Of a stretch of 64,000 nucleotides of DNA, positions 40,115 through 53,262 are shown one piece after another (position 1 is the stretch's first letter; the number at the start of each line of letters is the position of its first letter). Both the position numbers and the translations under genes were made by a program. The stretch spans positions 27,877,111-27,941,110 of the forward strand of contig NC_068983.1 of the NCBI RefSeq assembly GCF_001194135.2. The letters run 5' to 3'. This DNA comes from Octopus bimaculoides (taxonomy: Eukaryota). The notes below the pieces were generated by a model. That model saw nothing but the letters and a program-made list of their open reading frames with translations. It was not told the DNA's origin and did no database searches.

Positions 40115-40205
40115 GTGTGTGTGCGTGTGTGTCTGTGTGTGTGTGTCTGTGTGTGTGTGTGCGTGTAGTGGTGGGGGTACGTATATATGTATATAAATAC
40201 ACATA

Positions 40206-40544
40206 CGATGTGGTGCTGAAAAGTTCATAGAATTAACCCTTTGAGCCCGTAACACCGGTTTACCAGTGGATGGATTATTGTTCTCTATACCGTAGCACCG
40301 CTGGAATGCCAAGTATATGGTCAAATAAGGTTCAGGAGGTCAGGGTTCAAAGGGTTAAGGACGTCGCGAAAAGCCTGGTTGGAGACCCAACCTTCCGAGT
40401 TCTTCTACAGGACCTAGAAAAACTCAAGGGCCACTGCAATAAGTGAGTGAATCTGAAAGAGGAATATGTTGAATAAAATCATGTTTAATTGATCCGCCTG
40501 TATGTTCTTTTACTGAAAACCAAGAACTTTTCAGCACTCCCTCG
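40206..40544 (+). mobile_element. Tc1/mariner-type MITE with TA target duplication
   Basis: TIRs CGATGTGGTGCTGAAAAGTTC / CGAGGGAGTGCTGAAAAGTTC (18/21); TA at 40204-40205 and 40545-40546. Confidence 0.9.
40237..40354. mobile_element. 118-bp piggyBac-type MITE nested in the mariner MITE
   Basis: TTAA at 40233-40236 and 40355-40358; TIRs CCCTTTGAGCCC / CCCTTTGAACCC (11/12). Confidence 0.85.
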
Positions 40545-41029
40545 TATACGCACTCGCACGCACACACACACATACACTATACACACATACGCACGTGTAC
40601 ACACACACGTACACACGCACTATATATATATATATATATATNNNNNNNNNNNNNNNNNNNNNNNNNNNNNNNNNNNNNNNNNNNNNNNNNNNNNNNNNNN
40701 NNNNNNNNNNNNNNNNNNNNNNNNNNNNNNNNNNNNNNNNNNNNNNNNNNNNNNNNNNNNNNNNNNNNNNNNNNNNNNNNNNNNNNNNNNNNNNNNNNNN
40801 NNNNNNNNNNNNNNNNNNNNNNNNNNNNNNNNNNNNNNNNNNNNNNNNNNNNNNNNNNNNNNNNNNNNNNNNNNNNNNNNNNNNNNNNNNNNNNNNNNNN
40901 NNNNNNNNNNNNNNNNNNNNNNNNNNNNNNNNNNNNNNNNNNNNNNNNNNNNNNNNNNNNNNNNNNNNNNNNNNNNNNNNNNNNNNNNNNNNNNNNNNNN
41001 NNNNNNNNNNNNTACACATACACACATAT

Positions 41030-41196
41030 ATGCATTCATACACACATGCACACATACATACATACATACACAGAAGCATACATACACAGAAGCACACATA
41101 CATACATACATACATACATACATACATACATACATGCATACATACATACATAATACATACATATATACATACATACATACATACATTCATACATAC
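41030..41196. repeat. (CATA)n microsatellite
   Basis: Directly visible. Confidence 0.95.
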
Positions 41197-41883
41197 GGTG
41201 AACTTCTGCGGAGTTATCATCTACCAGACATTCCAATCACACGATTTTATCCTACTCTAGGCTATTGTAGGAGACACTTTTCCAACTTGTTCAGTCACTG
41301 CACAGTAGACTCGAACCCAGAATTACGTTGTTGCGAAGCAAACTTTATTACTACGTATTTTACTATATTTCCTGAGAGGAGCAAATGAACTGTTAATCGT
41401 TGTACAGAATTAAACACTTCCAGACTCAAAACATTCGTCATAACTTCCGACTTGAAAAGGCCAAACTATCTTTGTTTAAAGAATATTGATTTCTCACCTA
41501 AATTACAAGGAAACAAGTTTTATAGACGTTACGAATAAGAATCTGTGACGTTCTTACGTTTATCAAAGTTATTGCTATCGTTCCTGTTGCTGTTGTTAGC
41601 GGTGTCGTCGTTGTTGTCGTCATCATTGTTGTTACTGCTTAACTCTAGATCTGACTTAATAGAGCCAAGTAAAATTGCGATCAATACGTTCCAGTTATAA
41701 CCAACTCGTCATTTCAAGGGTGTGCCGGTCTCTATTAACAAAAAGTCTTTGTGGTGTAGACTTAAAACGTCATCCAGTTTAACAACAGCATCCGCAACTT
41801 TAGGTGCCTTTATTGGAGTTCACACTGTTGTAAGCATTTTAGACCAGGTCTCCAACTCGAGGTTACCTTTCACCCTCCGTCCC

Positions 41884-41973
41884 AACAGTCTCGGGCGCCT
41901 TATAATGGTTCATAGGTACTGCCATCTCCTAACAGTCTCGGGCGCCTTATAATGGTTCATAGGTACTGCCATC
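41884..41973. repeat. 47-bp tandem duplication
   Basis: AACAGTCTCGGGCGCCTTATAATGGTTCATAGGTACTGCCATC identical at 41884 and 41931. Confidence 0.95.
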
Positions 41974-43429
41974 CCTCCTGACTAAAAGATAACAATATAT
42001 CCTTTACCTTTTGTGATGGTAGAGTTCTTGATTAGAGGAAGGATTACTTTTGGCTGTTATTTCTGGCGATTCGAACGGCCACCTAAGGATTCCCACTGTC
42101 GCTGGTACTGACGCTCCTGTCATGAGCACATGATTCTTCTCTCTGGCATTGCATATCTGGAACTAGAACTAAATAATCCAATGTGGTCCTACGCTTTTCA
42201 AGAAATTACATGTGTTATTTGAGTACGTTTGCGTTGTTATTTTTAGCAGGCTGAATAACAAACGTAGAGGTGCCTTCGTTGGCTTATATTTATCAAAGTA
42301 ATTATTAATGGGGTAAAATGAAAGGAAATAATTTCAGTCGATATATTTCACCAACCATAATTTCTGTTTTTCTGTTGTTGTATTAATACTGTGTAATGCC
42401 TAATACTTCTTATATAAATGAGATGCGTGCCCGAAAAGCATACATCTAAAGGAAGGAAGAAACTTTTGTAATATAAAGACTATTAATTCTCGAAGAAAGA
42501 ACCGCAGAAAATTAAAGGAGGAGAAAGTGAAAAATGAAAGACAAGCAAATATAATTTCCGCTGTGTAATAATGAGTTACATTTCAGCAAACCATGAATGA
42601 TGTGAGATAGATAGTGTATCGTCTATGAAAAGCTAGTATATATTGCTCAATAGAAAACGAAAGCTTTGCGATCTAAATAGTTTCAACTGAAACTCATTTA
42701 GTATTTATTTCATAGAATAAATGCTCCCAGAAGCTATGGAGAAAAACGGTATATTCCTAATGAATATCAACAAGTGTAACAATCCTAGCATTATATGCGC
42801 TTTCTCGTTTAATATGATACTCTACTTTTGAGGGCAAAGCAGGTGCATTGATACTTCATTTCAAAGACACGCACATATAGACTCACATACATGCACTCAC
42901 AAACACTCATATATGCTCATACAAATATACATATATGTATGTATGAATATATGTATGTATACGCACACACACACCGAATGCCCACACAAGATTTCATATC
43001 TAAACGTGCTTCTGTTGGAAGATGCGAGTAGGTGTGTGAGGGAATGTATAGATGTTAATTAATTTATTTTAAAAAATTTCGATTTCTTAATAAATTTTCC
43101 TGAGAATATTTAATGAATACGTCTTTCATTTCTCTTGGTTTTTTACTTTGTCTACGTCTCAATATCGTCATGTATACGTCTGTGTGTGTCCTATCTATGT
43201 GTAGGTATATGTGTGCGTATCTTAAACATATATGAATACGTGTACGTGTGTGTGCATGCATACACACACAAACGCAAACACACACACACACATGCGAATA
43301 CATAATACGTATATAAGTATTGTATACGGAGACTGGTTAATAGATTTGTAGATATATGTATAGATTGATAGATAGAGAGATATACACAAAAAGACTTGAT
43401 TTATGTAACTTAGTTAATTAAAGATTAAA

Positions 43430-43487
<58 letters not shown>

Positions 43488-43554
43488 GGTATATATATGT
43501 ATGCATATACATCCATACATATATATATATACCTATATATATACACACACACAC

Positions 43555-43600
<46 letters not shown>

Positions 43601-43641
43601 TCATATATACATATATATACATATATACGTATATATACATA

Positions 43642-44159
43642 CGAGGTTTGATCAATAAGTATCCGAACTATTGCCATAGTAACGAAGCCAAAGCACGCAG
43701 TGTGAAGCTGCTTCACAAAGGTTGATTTTGAGCTCTGCCGTGCATGCATAGTAAGTTCTAACGTTCCCCCTCACTTCCACTGTTTACAGCAGTGCTTGTA
43801 AGGAAGGTCTGTAGCCTGTGGTCGTCATATTGACCATGACAGAGAAATGTTGTCATGGCGATACCTGCTCAGAGGCATACACAAAGTTGCAGAAAGTGTA
43901 TGAAGAGGAGTGTATGAGCTGCACACAAGTGTATGAGTGGTTCAGAGGTTTCCAAGATGGCCGAAAAATTTTCGATATTGACGAACGTTCTGAGAGACAC
44001 GCAACCTGCAGAACTAAGAAAAGCATCGCAGATGTACGTGCAGTTGTGTGGGTAAATCGTTGACTCACCATCCGTATTTTATCAGAGGATGTGCAGATTA
44101 GGTACGGTTCAGTTCAGTCCATTATCATTGAAGATTTGGGTATGAGACGCGTGTCCAAA
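43642..44159 (+). mobile_element. Mariner element 5' end with disrupted transposase N-terminus (HTH region)
   Basis: TA then CGAGGTTTGATCAATAAGTATCCG TIR; GDTCSEAYTKLQKVYEEECMSCTQVYEWFRGFQDGRKIFDIDERS...NR*LTIRILSEDVQIRYGSVQSIIIEDLGMRRVS. Confidence 0.92.
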
Positions 44160-44839
44160 ATATGAATGTTTCTTAAGTGCTGATATGACACTGCACAAAC
44201 GGAAAATTATACAAAATCTTTATAAAATGTAACCTTTTAATCGAAACACGAATTTGTAGTAGGTGGACACTGTTAACTTATCGAAATTTTCACCCCACAT
44301 TGATGTTATCCATGACGTACCCTCACCCACAAGCTCCTCGGAATTGACGAAATTGTAAAGTATTGCGCTTCATTTATCTTCATGTCTGTAAGCCGTGATT
44401 ATCATGTTTTGTTTCGTTCTGCTTTTGTACAGTAAGCCCAAAGCGTTATGTAATACAAATGGCGTGTGTGTACCGTAACTTTTCAATGAAAGCATGACTT
44501 CTTTGGTAGATCAAATTGATACCTTACCTTTATGTTGGTATTGTGTATAAGAATTATTTAAAAATTATATCAAACTATATTCGGGTGAATTCACAAGCTT
44601 CGTTATGAATTGTAAACGGATACTGTGTTTGGCTCCAATCAAGTACCCCGTTTTAAATATAAAGAATATTCCGAAATCCGAAAAATCCGATGTACGCAGT
44701 ATTTTCAATCCATGAATTTTGCTTAAGAAATTTTCAAATGTAGTAACTTCATAATTTATTTCATAGTGAAAAAATATTTTGACATTTTAAAAAATTTGCA
44801 ATTATTATTTTTATTAAGAGGCAAAAAAAACAAAAGCTC

Positions 44840-45071
44840 GTGTACTATGGCCATAGTCGAAGAATCAGAGGTTTGGAAACCATTATCATGGAAGGAAGAG
44901 TAGAGAGGGCAGTAGATCAAGAAGCAGACAAAGAACACAATGGACTGACAATATCAAGAGCTGTTTGGACAAAAGTCGCAAAGCAGCTGGAGAACCCGCG
45001 CTTATTCGGAAACACTTTTGCTGTCGTGTCACCAATGTGCTGAAGGCGTACGATACATGGCGATGATGATT
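44840..45071 (+). mobile_element. RTE-type LINE 3' remnant with (GAT)n tail
   Basis: YYGHSRRIRGLETIIMEGRVE, frameshift, then SRSRSRQRTQWTDNIK. Confidence 0.8.
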
Positions 45072-46199
45072 CTTGCAAAACGAATTGTCTATGCATTAAT
45101 CAACCTGTTTGATGCATATTCTAATATTTTACTGTTGTTATTTTAATTAATTATTATTTAGCTCCTTGCCATATGTTATCCAGCAAAACTATGATTAAAG
45201 GTACAGAGCTGTGAGCATCCAGTCTATTATTTTTATATATAGTATATCTAGACAACGTTATGCCAGTATATTTTTCCTATTTCTAAAACAGAAAATTGTT
45301 AAATGACAGATTTTTACAACTGTTTCTAGCAAATCGAGCTGTCAGGTTGAGGCTCCTTCGTTTGTATGTGATGTGTGAATATAATTATGTAATTTTCATG
45401 ATCTTCTCAGTGGTATTAGACACACGAGTGAAGTGAAATGATTGCAGCTAAGAACTTAAACCAAATCGAGGTGATAAACTACAGAAAACTTACTTCTATC
45501 TGCTAAATATGTAATTAAATGACAGAGATATCCTAAAACGAACTGGAAACTGGTTGGTAGCTTACAGCAACAAGATCAAAGACTTACTTAAGAATATATA
45601 TTTCTGAAAAATCATTCACTGAAATAGCGTTTATTAGAATTTGTATTCGTACGACTAATGTACGTATATTTCAAAATCGGCAGTTATGGTGTTGTAAACA
45701 GCCCTTTTCATTGCGCAGTGTCATGTTAGCCAAAGTACTTCTCCTTTTTTATCTGTATCGGTTAAGCTACATATTGCTATAGATTCGCACATTGCAGTTG
45801 ATGCATCTTACCGTTGTAAGCTATGGAAAGCACTGATTAATCTAGGCTTTGTTTCCCTATCTCTTGTACTACTAAATTGAAATCTTCCTATGAATTTCGA
45901 GAATGTGACGACTTTTATTTTGTTTGTTCGTTTGTTTTGTTTTGTTTTTTGTTTTGTTTTTTCTCACAAGTATATTTTTCAGTGGAACTCCTATAGAATT
46001 TGCCTGCAATCGAAAACCACTGCTAGGTTGAGATCTTGTGTTATTTGGTTCACTCAAGAAGAAATTTCAGGTCGAATGAAAAATGAAAGTAAGCCACAAT
46101 GGAAAAATTCGTCAATGAGAAATCGCCACATGAGGTCGTTCATGTACGTTGAATGAACTAGAATCACTTCTCCATCTATTTCATAAACATAAACATTTA

Positions 46200-46625
46200 G
46201 GCGCAGGAGTGGCTGTTTGGCACCTTGGGCAAGTGTCTTCTACTATAGCCTCGGGCCGACCAGAGCCTTGTGAGTGGATTTAGTAGACGGAAACTGAAAG
46301 AAGCCCGTCGTATATATGTATATATATATGCGTATGTATATGTATATGTTTGTGTGTCTGTGTTTGTCCCCCTAACATCGTTTGACAACCGATGGTGGTA
46401 TGTTTACATCCCCGTAACTTAGCGGTTCGGCAAAAGAGACCGATAGAGTAAGTACTAGGCTTACAAAGAATAAGTCTTCGGGTCGATTTGCTCGACNNNN
46501 NNNNNNAAGTACTAGGCTTACAAAGAATAAGTCTTCGGGTCGATTTGCTCGACTAAAGGCGGTGTTCCAGCAGGGCCGCAGTCAAATGACTGAAACAAGT
46601 AAAAGAGTAAAAGAGAGTAAAGAGT
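46200..46625 (+). mobile_element. SINE family E (central AT/GT microsatellite, GTAAAAGA tail), internally deleted
   Basis: GCGCAGGAGTGGCTG head, CCTTGGGCAAGTGTCTTC centre; diverged relative at 62870-63277. Confidence 0.88.
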
Positions 46626-47004
46626 ATATGTGTGTGTGTGTGAGTGTGTGTGTGTGTGTGTGCGCGCGTGCATGTGTGTGTACATGTATGTATGTATGTA
46701 TGTATGTATGTATGTATGTATGCATGTATGCATGTATGTATATAAGAAGTAGTGTAAAATACAGATTCAGAGAATCGTGCAGCTATAACAGTCAGCTGCT
46801 CGTACAGTCTGGGCTATCAGACCACTTCGTAATTGATTACGAAGTAGTGTAATGCAAGATATCCGCGTAGAGATAAACTATTGATGTAACCCAAATATTT
46901 TGGTGATCTGATGTGCTAACATATTTTCTTTGCTTTATTTTTTTAATACACAATTGTTTTGTTCAATGAACAATATTATAACAAATGCGGGGAGGAGAAA
47001 ATGG

Positions 47005-47184
47005 AATTCACGAGATTCTTTATTAAACAAAACGATCGTTTCGACCCATCTTGCATCGAACTCTCGCAAGACATATCTACAGTGACCGATGCACCACAAT
47101 CAGTTGTCTAGAATCTTACACACAAGAGGCTGATGCAAGCGAGGTTGAAATGGTCGTTGTGATTAATAAAGAACCTTGTGAATT
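47005..47184. mobile_element. 180-bp element bounded by 53-bp imperfect inverted repeats
   Basis: Arms 47005-47057 and 47132-47184 align without gaps at 43/53; 74-bp spacer. Confidence 0.7.
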
Positions 47185-47264
47185 GATTCTATATTTTCTT
47201 TCTCTCATTTGTCATATATATATATAGATAAATAGATAGATAGATAGATAGATAGATACATACA

Positions 47265-47296
<32 letters not shown>

Positions 47297-49020
47297 AGTA
47301 TGTATGTATGTATATATATATATATATATATACATACATACATGCATACATATACACATATGTCCATATATATATATTTATATATANNNNNNNNNNNNNN
47401 NNNNNNNNNNNNNNNNNNNNNNNNNNNNNNNNNNNNNNNNNNNNNNNNNNNNNNNNNNNNNNNNNNNNNNNNNNNNNNNNNNNNNNNNNNNNNNNNATAT
47501 ATATATACATGCATATATACATATGTATATATATGTATGTATGTATGTATGTATACCTGTATGTATGCATGCATGTATGTACACTAATCTTTGTTTTTTA
47601 CTCAATACTTTTTAGTAAAGTACATGTTCGTTAAACTTTAACAAGATGAGAGTAGAGCTATATAAAATGGTAATTAAGCTTGGTGTAAGTACGATTGGGG
47701 AGTAGATGTATTGGAAGGAATATAGAAGAAAGTATGTGAGCAACGTATTTGTTGATAGAAAGTTATTGCTGGGTGATTTTGTTTGGTTTGAAGTGAGAAT
47801 TGTGGTATTGTCTAGAATTCAGTCAGGCAACAAAATAGTTATATGCAGAGGTGTATAGAAGTTAGATGTGTCAGATTCAAATCATGAGATTCTTTGTATA
47901 GAAAGTTGTTGATTATAATGTTTCAAGGCTCACAAAAGAATGTTTGTATATGTATTAATTGGTTAACCAGCATATGTCTGTCTGCGATTGGATCGCTGTT
48001 CATGTAATTTAATTTCTATTCAGAAATTTCAAACTGTATAATTTGGAAAGGTAAGAAGTGAAAGACTACATTGCTATAAGTATTCACTGAGGTTTTCTAC
48101 TTGGTTTTCAGTATGGTTATTTGTGTTTTTATTATATCATTTAAGACAAATGCATACACGTAAACTTTGGATGTCATACATAAATCCACATATACACACA
48201 CACAAACACACACACACAAACACACACACACACAAACACATACACATATATTTGTACGTACGCAAACACTCATATGTATGCGAAATTGTGCATGCACATT
48301 CAGTTAATTCCGACTTTGTGTATGAATATAGAATAACTCAAAACATTCATATACATTTTCTTATACATAAATATACACATAAGGATGTATACATAGACCT
48401 ATAAGTACATATATNNNNNNNNNNNNNNNNNNNNNNNNNNNNNNNNNNNNNNNNNNNNNNNNNNNNNNNNNNNNNNNNNNNNNNNNNNNNNNNNNNNNNN
48501 NNNNNNNNNNNNNNNNNNNNNNNNNNNNNNNNNNNNNNNNNNNNNNNNNNNNNNNNNNNNNNNNNNNNNNNNNNNNNNNNNNNNNNNNNNNNNNNNNNNN
48601 NNNNNNNNNNNNNNNNNNNNNNNNNNNNNNNNNNNNNNNNNNNNNNNNNNNNNNNNNNNNNNNNNNNNNNNNNNNNNNNNNNNNNNNNNNNNNNNNNNNN
48701 NNNNNNNNNNNNNNNNNNNNNNNNNNNNNNNNNNNNNNNNNNNNNNNNNNNNNNNNNNNNNNNNNNNNNNNNNNNNNNNNNNNNNNNNNNNNNNNNNNNN
48801 NNNNNNNNNNNNNNNNNNNNNNNNNNNNNNNNNNNNNNNNNNNNNNNNNNNNNNNNNNNNNNNNNNNNNNNNNNNNNNNNNNNNNNNNNNNNNNNNNNNN
48901 NNNNNNNNNNNNNNNNNNNNNNNNNNNNNNNNNNNNNNNNNNNNNNNNNNNNNNNNNNNNNNNNNNNNNNNNNNNNNNNNNNNNNNNNNNNNNNNNNNNN
49001 NNNNNNNNNNNNNNNNNNNN

Positions 49021-49080
<60 letters not shown>

Positions 49081-49469
49081 CTGTTTGATGGCGACAAGTA
49101 AGCTGCAACTTCGAAGTTACTTACTACCAACTCTTTCTTTGTAAGAATAAATAAATAGGGTACATATGGTATTTTACTGAAAAATAGACAGACAGACAGG
49201 CTGACAGGCGTACAGACAGACACACATAAATAGGATGTACCATAGCGTGACTAGTGATCACGGTTGGACTCACGACAGAGAATTCGAGGTTTCGATTCCA
49301 AGAACTCGCTGTATACTTTATTCTTGAGCAAGAGACTTCATTTCACTTTGATCTACGTGATCGCCACATAAACCTACATTATACCATAGTTATTGCTGTT
49401 GTTCTGATGTCTTATTTTCTCCAACCAAATATAGTCCTACTGAACCATACACATTATAAGGCGTTTGAA

Positions 49470-50130
49470 AGCAGCGAGCTGGCAGAGTCGTTACCACGCT
49501 GGATAAAACACTTAGTGGTATTTCGCCCATCTTTATGTTCTGTGTTCAAATTCCGCCGAGATTGACTTTACACTTTATCGTTTCGAGGTCGATAAAATAA
49601 GTACCAGTTGAACACTGGGGTCTATGTAATCGATTTACTCCCTTCTCAGAATTTGCTGACCTTAAACCAAAAATTTGAAATTATATAAAGCGTTTGAAGG
49701 AAGCGAGCTGGCAGAATCGTAGCCATGCTGAAGGCGGAGAGCTTAGCGGTATTTCGTCTGCCGTTACATTCTGAGTTCAAATTCCGCCGAGGTCGACTTT
49801 GCCTTTCATCCTTTCGGGGTTGATAAATTACTTAATTTATCGACCAGTTAGGCACTGGGGTCGATGTAATTGACTTAATCCCTTTGTCTGTCCTTGTTTG
49901 TCCCCTCTATGTTTAGCCCCTTGTGGGCATTAAAGAAATAAGAATCGTTGCCATGCTGGACAAAATACTTAGCGGTATTTCGTCTATCTTTTACATTCTA
50001 AGTTCCAATTCCGTTCAGGTCAACTTTACCTTTCTTCCTTTCGCAATCGATCAAATAAGTATCAGTCGAACACTGAAATTGACTAGCCGTGGACTCCAGA
50101 ATTTCAGGTTTTGTGCCTATAGTAGAAAGG
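49470..50130 (+). mobile_element. Cluster of three SINE A copies including a nested young copy (about 49700-49940)
   Basis: AGAATCGT(A/T)GCCATGCTG direct repeat at 49713-49730 and 49941-49958. Confidence 0.85.
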
Positions 50131-50734
50131 ATCATCATAAAAACCGTTCCTGCCGTGACCATACCGCTCTTTTATTACAAAGAACATTACTTCTACAACT
50201 ACATTATCTAACATGTAATGTGCTTCAATTTCTTTATTAATTCTTTCTTTATTTATTAATAGGTTATAGAACGGACTGGTTGTAATTTAGGCATTATTTT
50301 CTCGCGGGTAGAAAATTATGTAATATATTTCCCCTTTGACTCGAATATTGCATAAACGGTGCAGTTGGCCGTACATCAGTCTAAGAATCACGATATGTCT
50401 CGCTACTCAATATGCACATTTTGATGAGTGCATTCATAAAACAAAAAAGAGATAATAAAATGAAATTCAAATATAATTTCAAACACTCCAGACGTTATAA
50501 ACGATCTTCATCAGTAATTATAATCGCGAGAATCTAGTGTAATTCGATTTTCAAAATGAATCTTAAAAATTAAAATTCCATGACTTTGTGCGTATGTTTT
50601 ATTTTGTTTTAGATCTTTTTTTTTTTTTAGAATTATTTCATTTCATCAATTTTCTGAAGTTTATAGATGTAATTCATGTTCTCTGCACTACATGACAACG
50701 CTCTCCCCCTTCCCCTATACACTGTCAGTGTAAC

Positions 50735-50766
<32 letters not shown>

Positions 50767-50779
50767 GCATGTATGTATG

Positions 50780-50812
<33 letters not shown>

Positions 50813-51433
50813 NNNNNNNNNNNNNNNNNNNNNNNNNNNNNNNNNNNNNNNNNNNNNNNNNNNNNNNNNNNNNNNNNNNNNNNNNNNNNNNNNNNNNNNN
50901 NNNNNNNNNNNNNNNNNNNNNNNNNNNNNNNNNNNNNNNNNNNNNNNNNNNNNNNNNNNNNNNNNNNNNNNNNNNNNNNNNNNNNNNNNNNNNNNNNNNN
51001 NNNNNNNNNNNNNNNNNNNNNNNNNNNNNNNNNNNNNNNNNNNNNNNNNNNNNNNNNNNNNNNNNNNNNNNNNNNNNNNNNNNNNNNNNNNNNNNNNNNN
51101 NNNNNNNNNNNNNNNNNNNNNNNNNNNNNNNNNNNNNNNNNNNNNNNNNNNNNNNNNNNNNNNNNNNNNNNNNNNNNNNNNNNNNNNNNNNNNNNNNNNN
51201 NNNNNNNNNNNNNNNNNNNNNNNNNNNNNNNNNNNNNNNNNNNNNNNNNNNNNNNNNNNNNNNNNNNNNNNNNNNNNNNNNNNNNNNNNNNNNNNNNNNN
51301 NNNNNNNNNNNNNNNNNNNNNNNNNNNNNNNNNNNNNNNNNNNNNNNNNNNNNNNNNNNNNNNNNNNNNNNNNNNNNNNNNNNNNNNNNNNNNNNNNNNN
51401 NNNNNNNNNNNNNNNNNNNNNNNNNNNNNNNNN

Positions 51434-51487
<54 letters not shown>

Positions 51488-51862
51488 CCCCGCATAACCA
51501 CACATATATATATACACTCATACTCACAAACACACAAACACACACACACACACACACATGTGTGTGTGTGTTTGTCAGTGTGTGTGTGTGTATGAGTATT
51601 TATGTATATGTATATACATATATTGTATGTGTGTTTATATATATATAAATGTATATGACACTTTCCTATGATTACATACTATGATTACTTTTTGAATTTA
51701 TGCAGGTATGTGTTTGATGCTTTGTCTGACTTCTTGTCTCTTTCCATCTGAGCTTATGTCTAAACAAACGACATATACGTGTGAACTAAACGTACGTGGA
51801 TATTACATCTGTGAGTGTGTCTCTGAGTGTTTGTGTGTATATATATCTATGTGTCTCTCCCC

Positions 51863-51898
<36 letters not shown>

Positions 51899-51978
51899 GA
51901 ACTAGAATCATTTCTCCATCTAGTTCATATACATAAAGATGTGTGTGTGTGTTTGTGTGTGTGTTTGTGTATGTGTGT

Positions 51979-52031
<53 letters not shown>

Positions 52032-52167
52032 NNNNNNNNNNNNNNNNNNNNNNNNNNNNNNNNNNNNNNNNNNNNNNNNNNNNNNNNNNNNNNNNNNNNN
52101 NNNNNNNNNNNNNNNNNNNNNNNNNNNNNNNNNNNNNNNNNNNNNNNNNNNNNNNNNNNNNNNNNNN

Positions 52168-52228
<61 letters not shown>

Positions 52229-52387
52229 ATGTATGTGTGTGTGAATGAATGAACTTTTGTCTGCAAGCGAGAAATAAGTGTGGCCAGTACAGTAACGACT
52301 TCAGTTAGACACACCCACGCACACACACACACACACACACATACACACACACACACTCTCTCTCTCTCACTCACACAGAAATACACA

Positions 52388-52454
<67 letters not shown>

Positions 52455-53034
52455 CTCGATAGCAATATGGATAAAAGGATAGATAAACTCTAAATGGCCA
52501 GACATTGTAAGTCGAAGGCTCACGGACTGGATCCTTATACAGAAATTTGCTAACCATATACAAACGATATTCTTTTATCTTTTGCCTTTTATTCGTATCA
52601 GCCATTTGACTGCGGCCACCTTGGGACAATACTTGAAGTGTTTAGTCTAACAAATCTGTACCCAGTACTAACACCAGTTGTCACTCAGTGATGGGGAAAC
52701 ACACACGCACAAAGACACTCACACATACGTACATACATACATACACACATACATACATATATACATACATACATACACCAATGTTGAGAAACTAAGCTTC
52801 TCAAAACCAGGAAGGAGGAAGCTGGTTCGGAGACTACAGATCCAAGCCATTACTGAAACTAAAAGTCTGTAAAACTTTCCAGAAGTTTATCATTTAAGTA
52901 TGTATGAGCATGTCTAGATATGCAAATATATGCATGAGAAGACAAACATGAAACAAACCATACAAATCTGCACCTATACATACAAACATACATACATATA
53001 TACATACACACATACAAACATACAAACATACATA

Positions 53035-53262
53035 CAAGGTCTGATCAATATGTATCCGGATTGTTGCCATAGTAACGAAACTAAAGCACGCAGAGTGAAG
53101 TCACTTGGCAAAAATTGACCTTGAACTCTGCCGTACATGCACTCTAAGTTTTAACGTTCTAACTCACACGCTACACATGTTCCTTCCAAGCAATGCTGTA
53201 AACAGCGGAAGTGAGCTAGAACGTTAAAAACTTAGTGCGCATGCATAGCAGAGCTGAAGGTC
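53035..53262. mobile_element. Mariner 5' end followed by an inverted copy of itself (fold-back)
   Basis: 53035-53167 matches 43642 onward; 53165-53262 is the reverse complement of the same family's sub-terminal region. Confidence 0.85.

Noticed and set aside
44640-44725. Tigger/pogo-like MITE end (ATTCCGAAATCCGAAAAATCCGA)
   Set aside because: No partner TIR or TSD found in the window.
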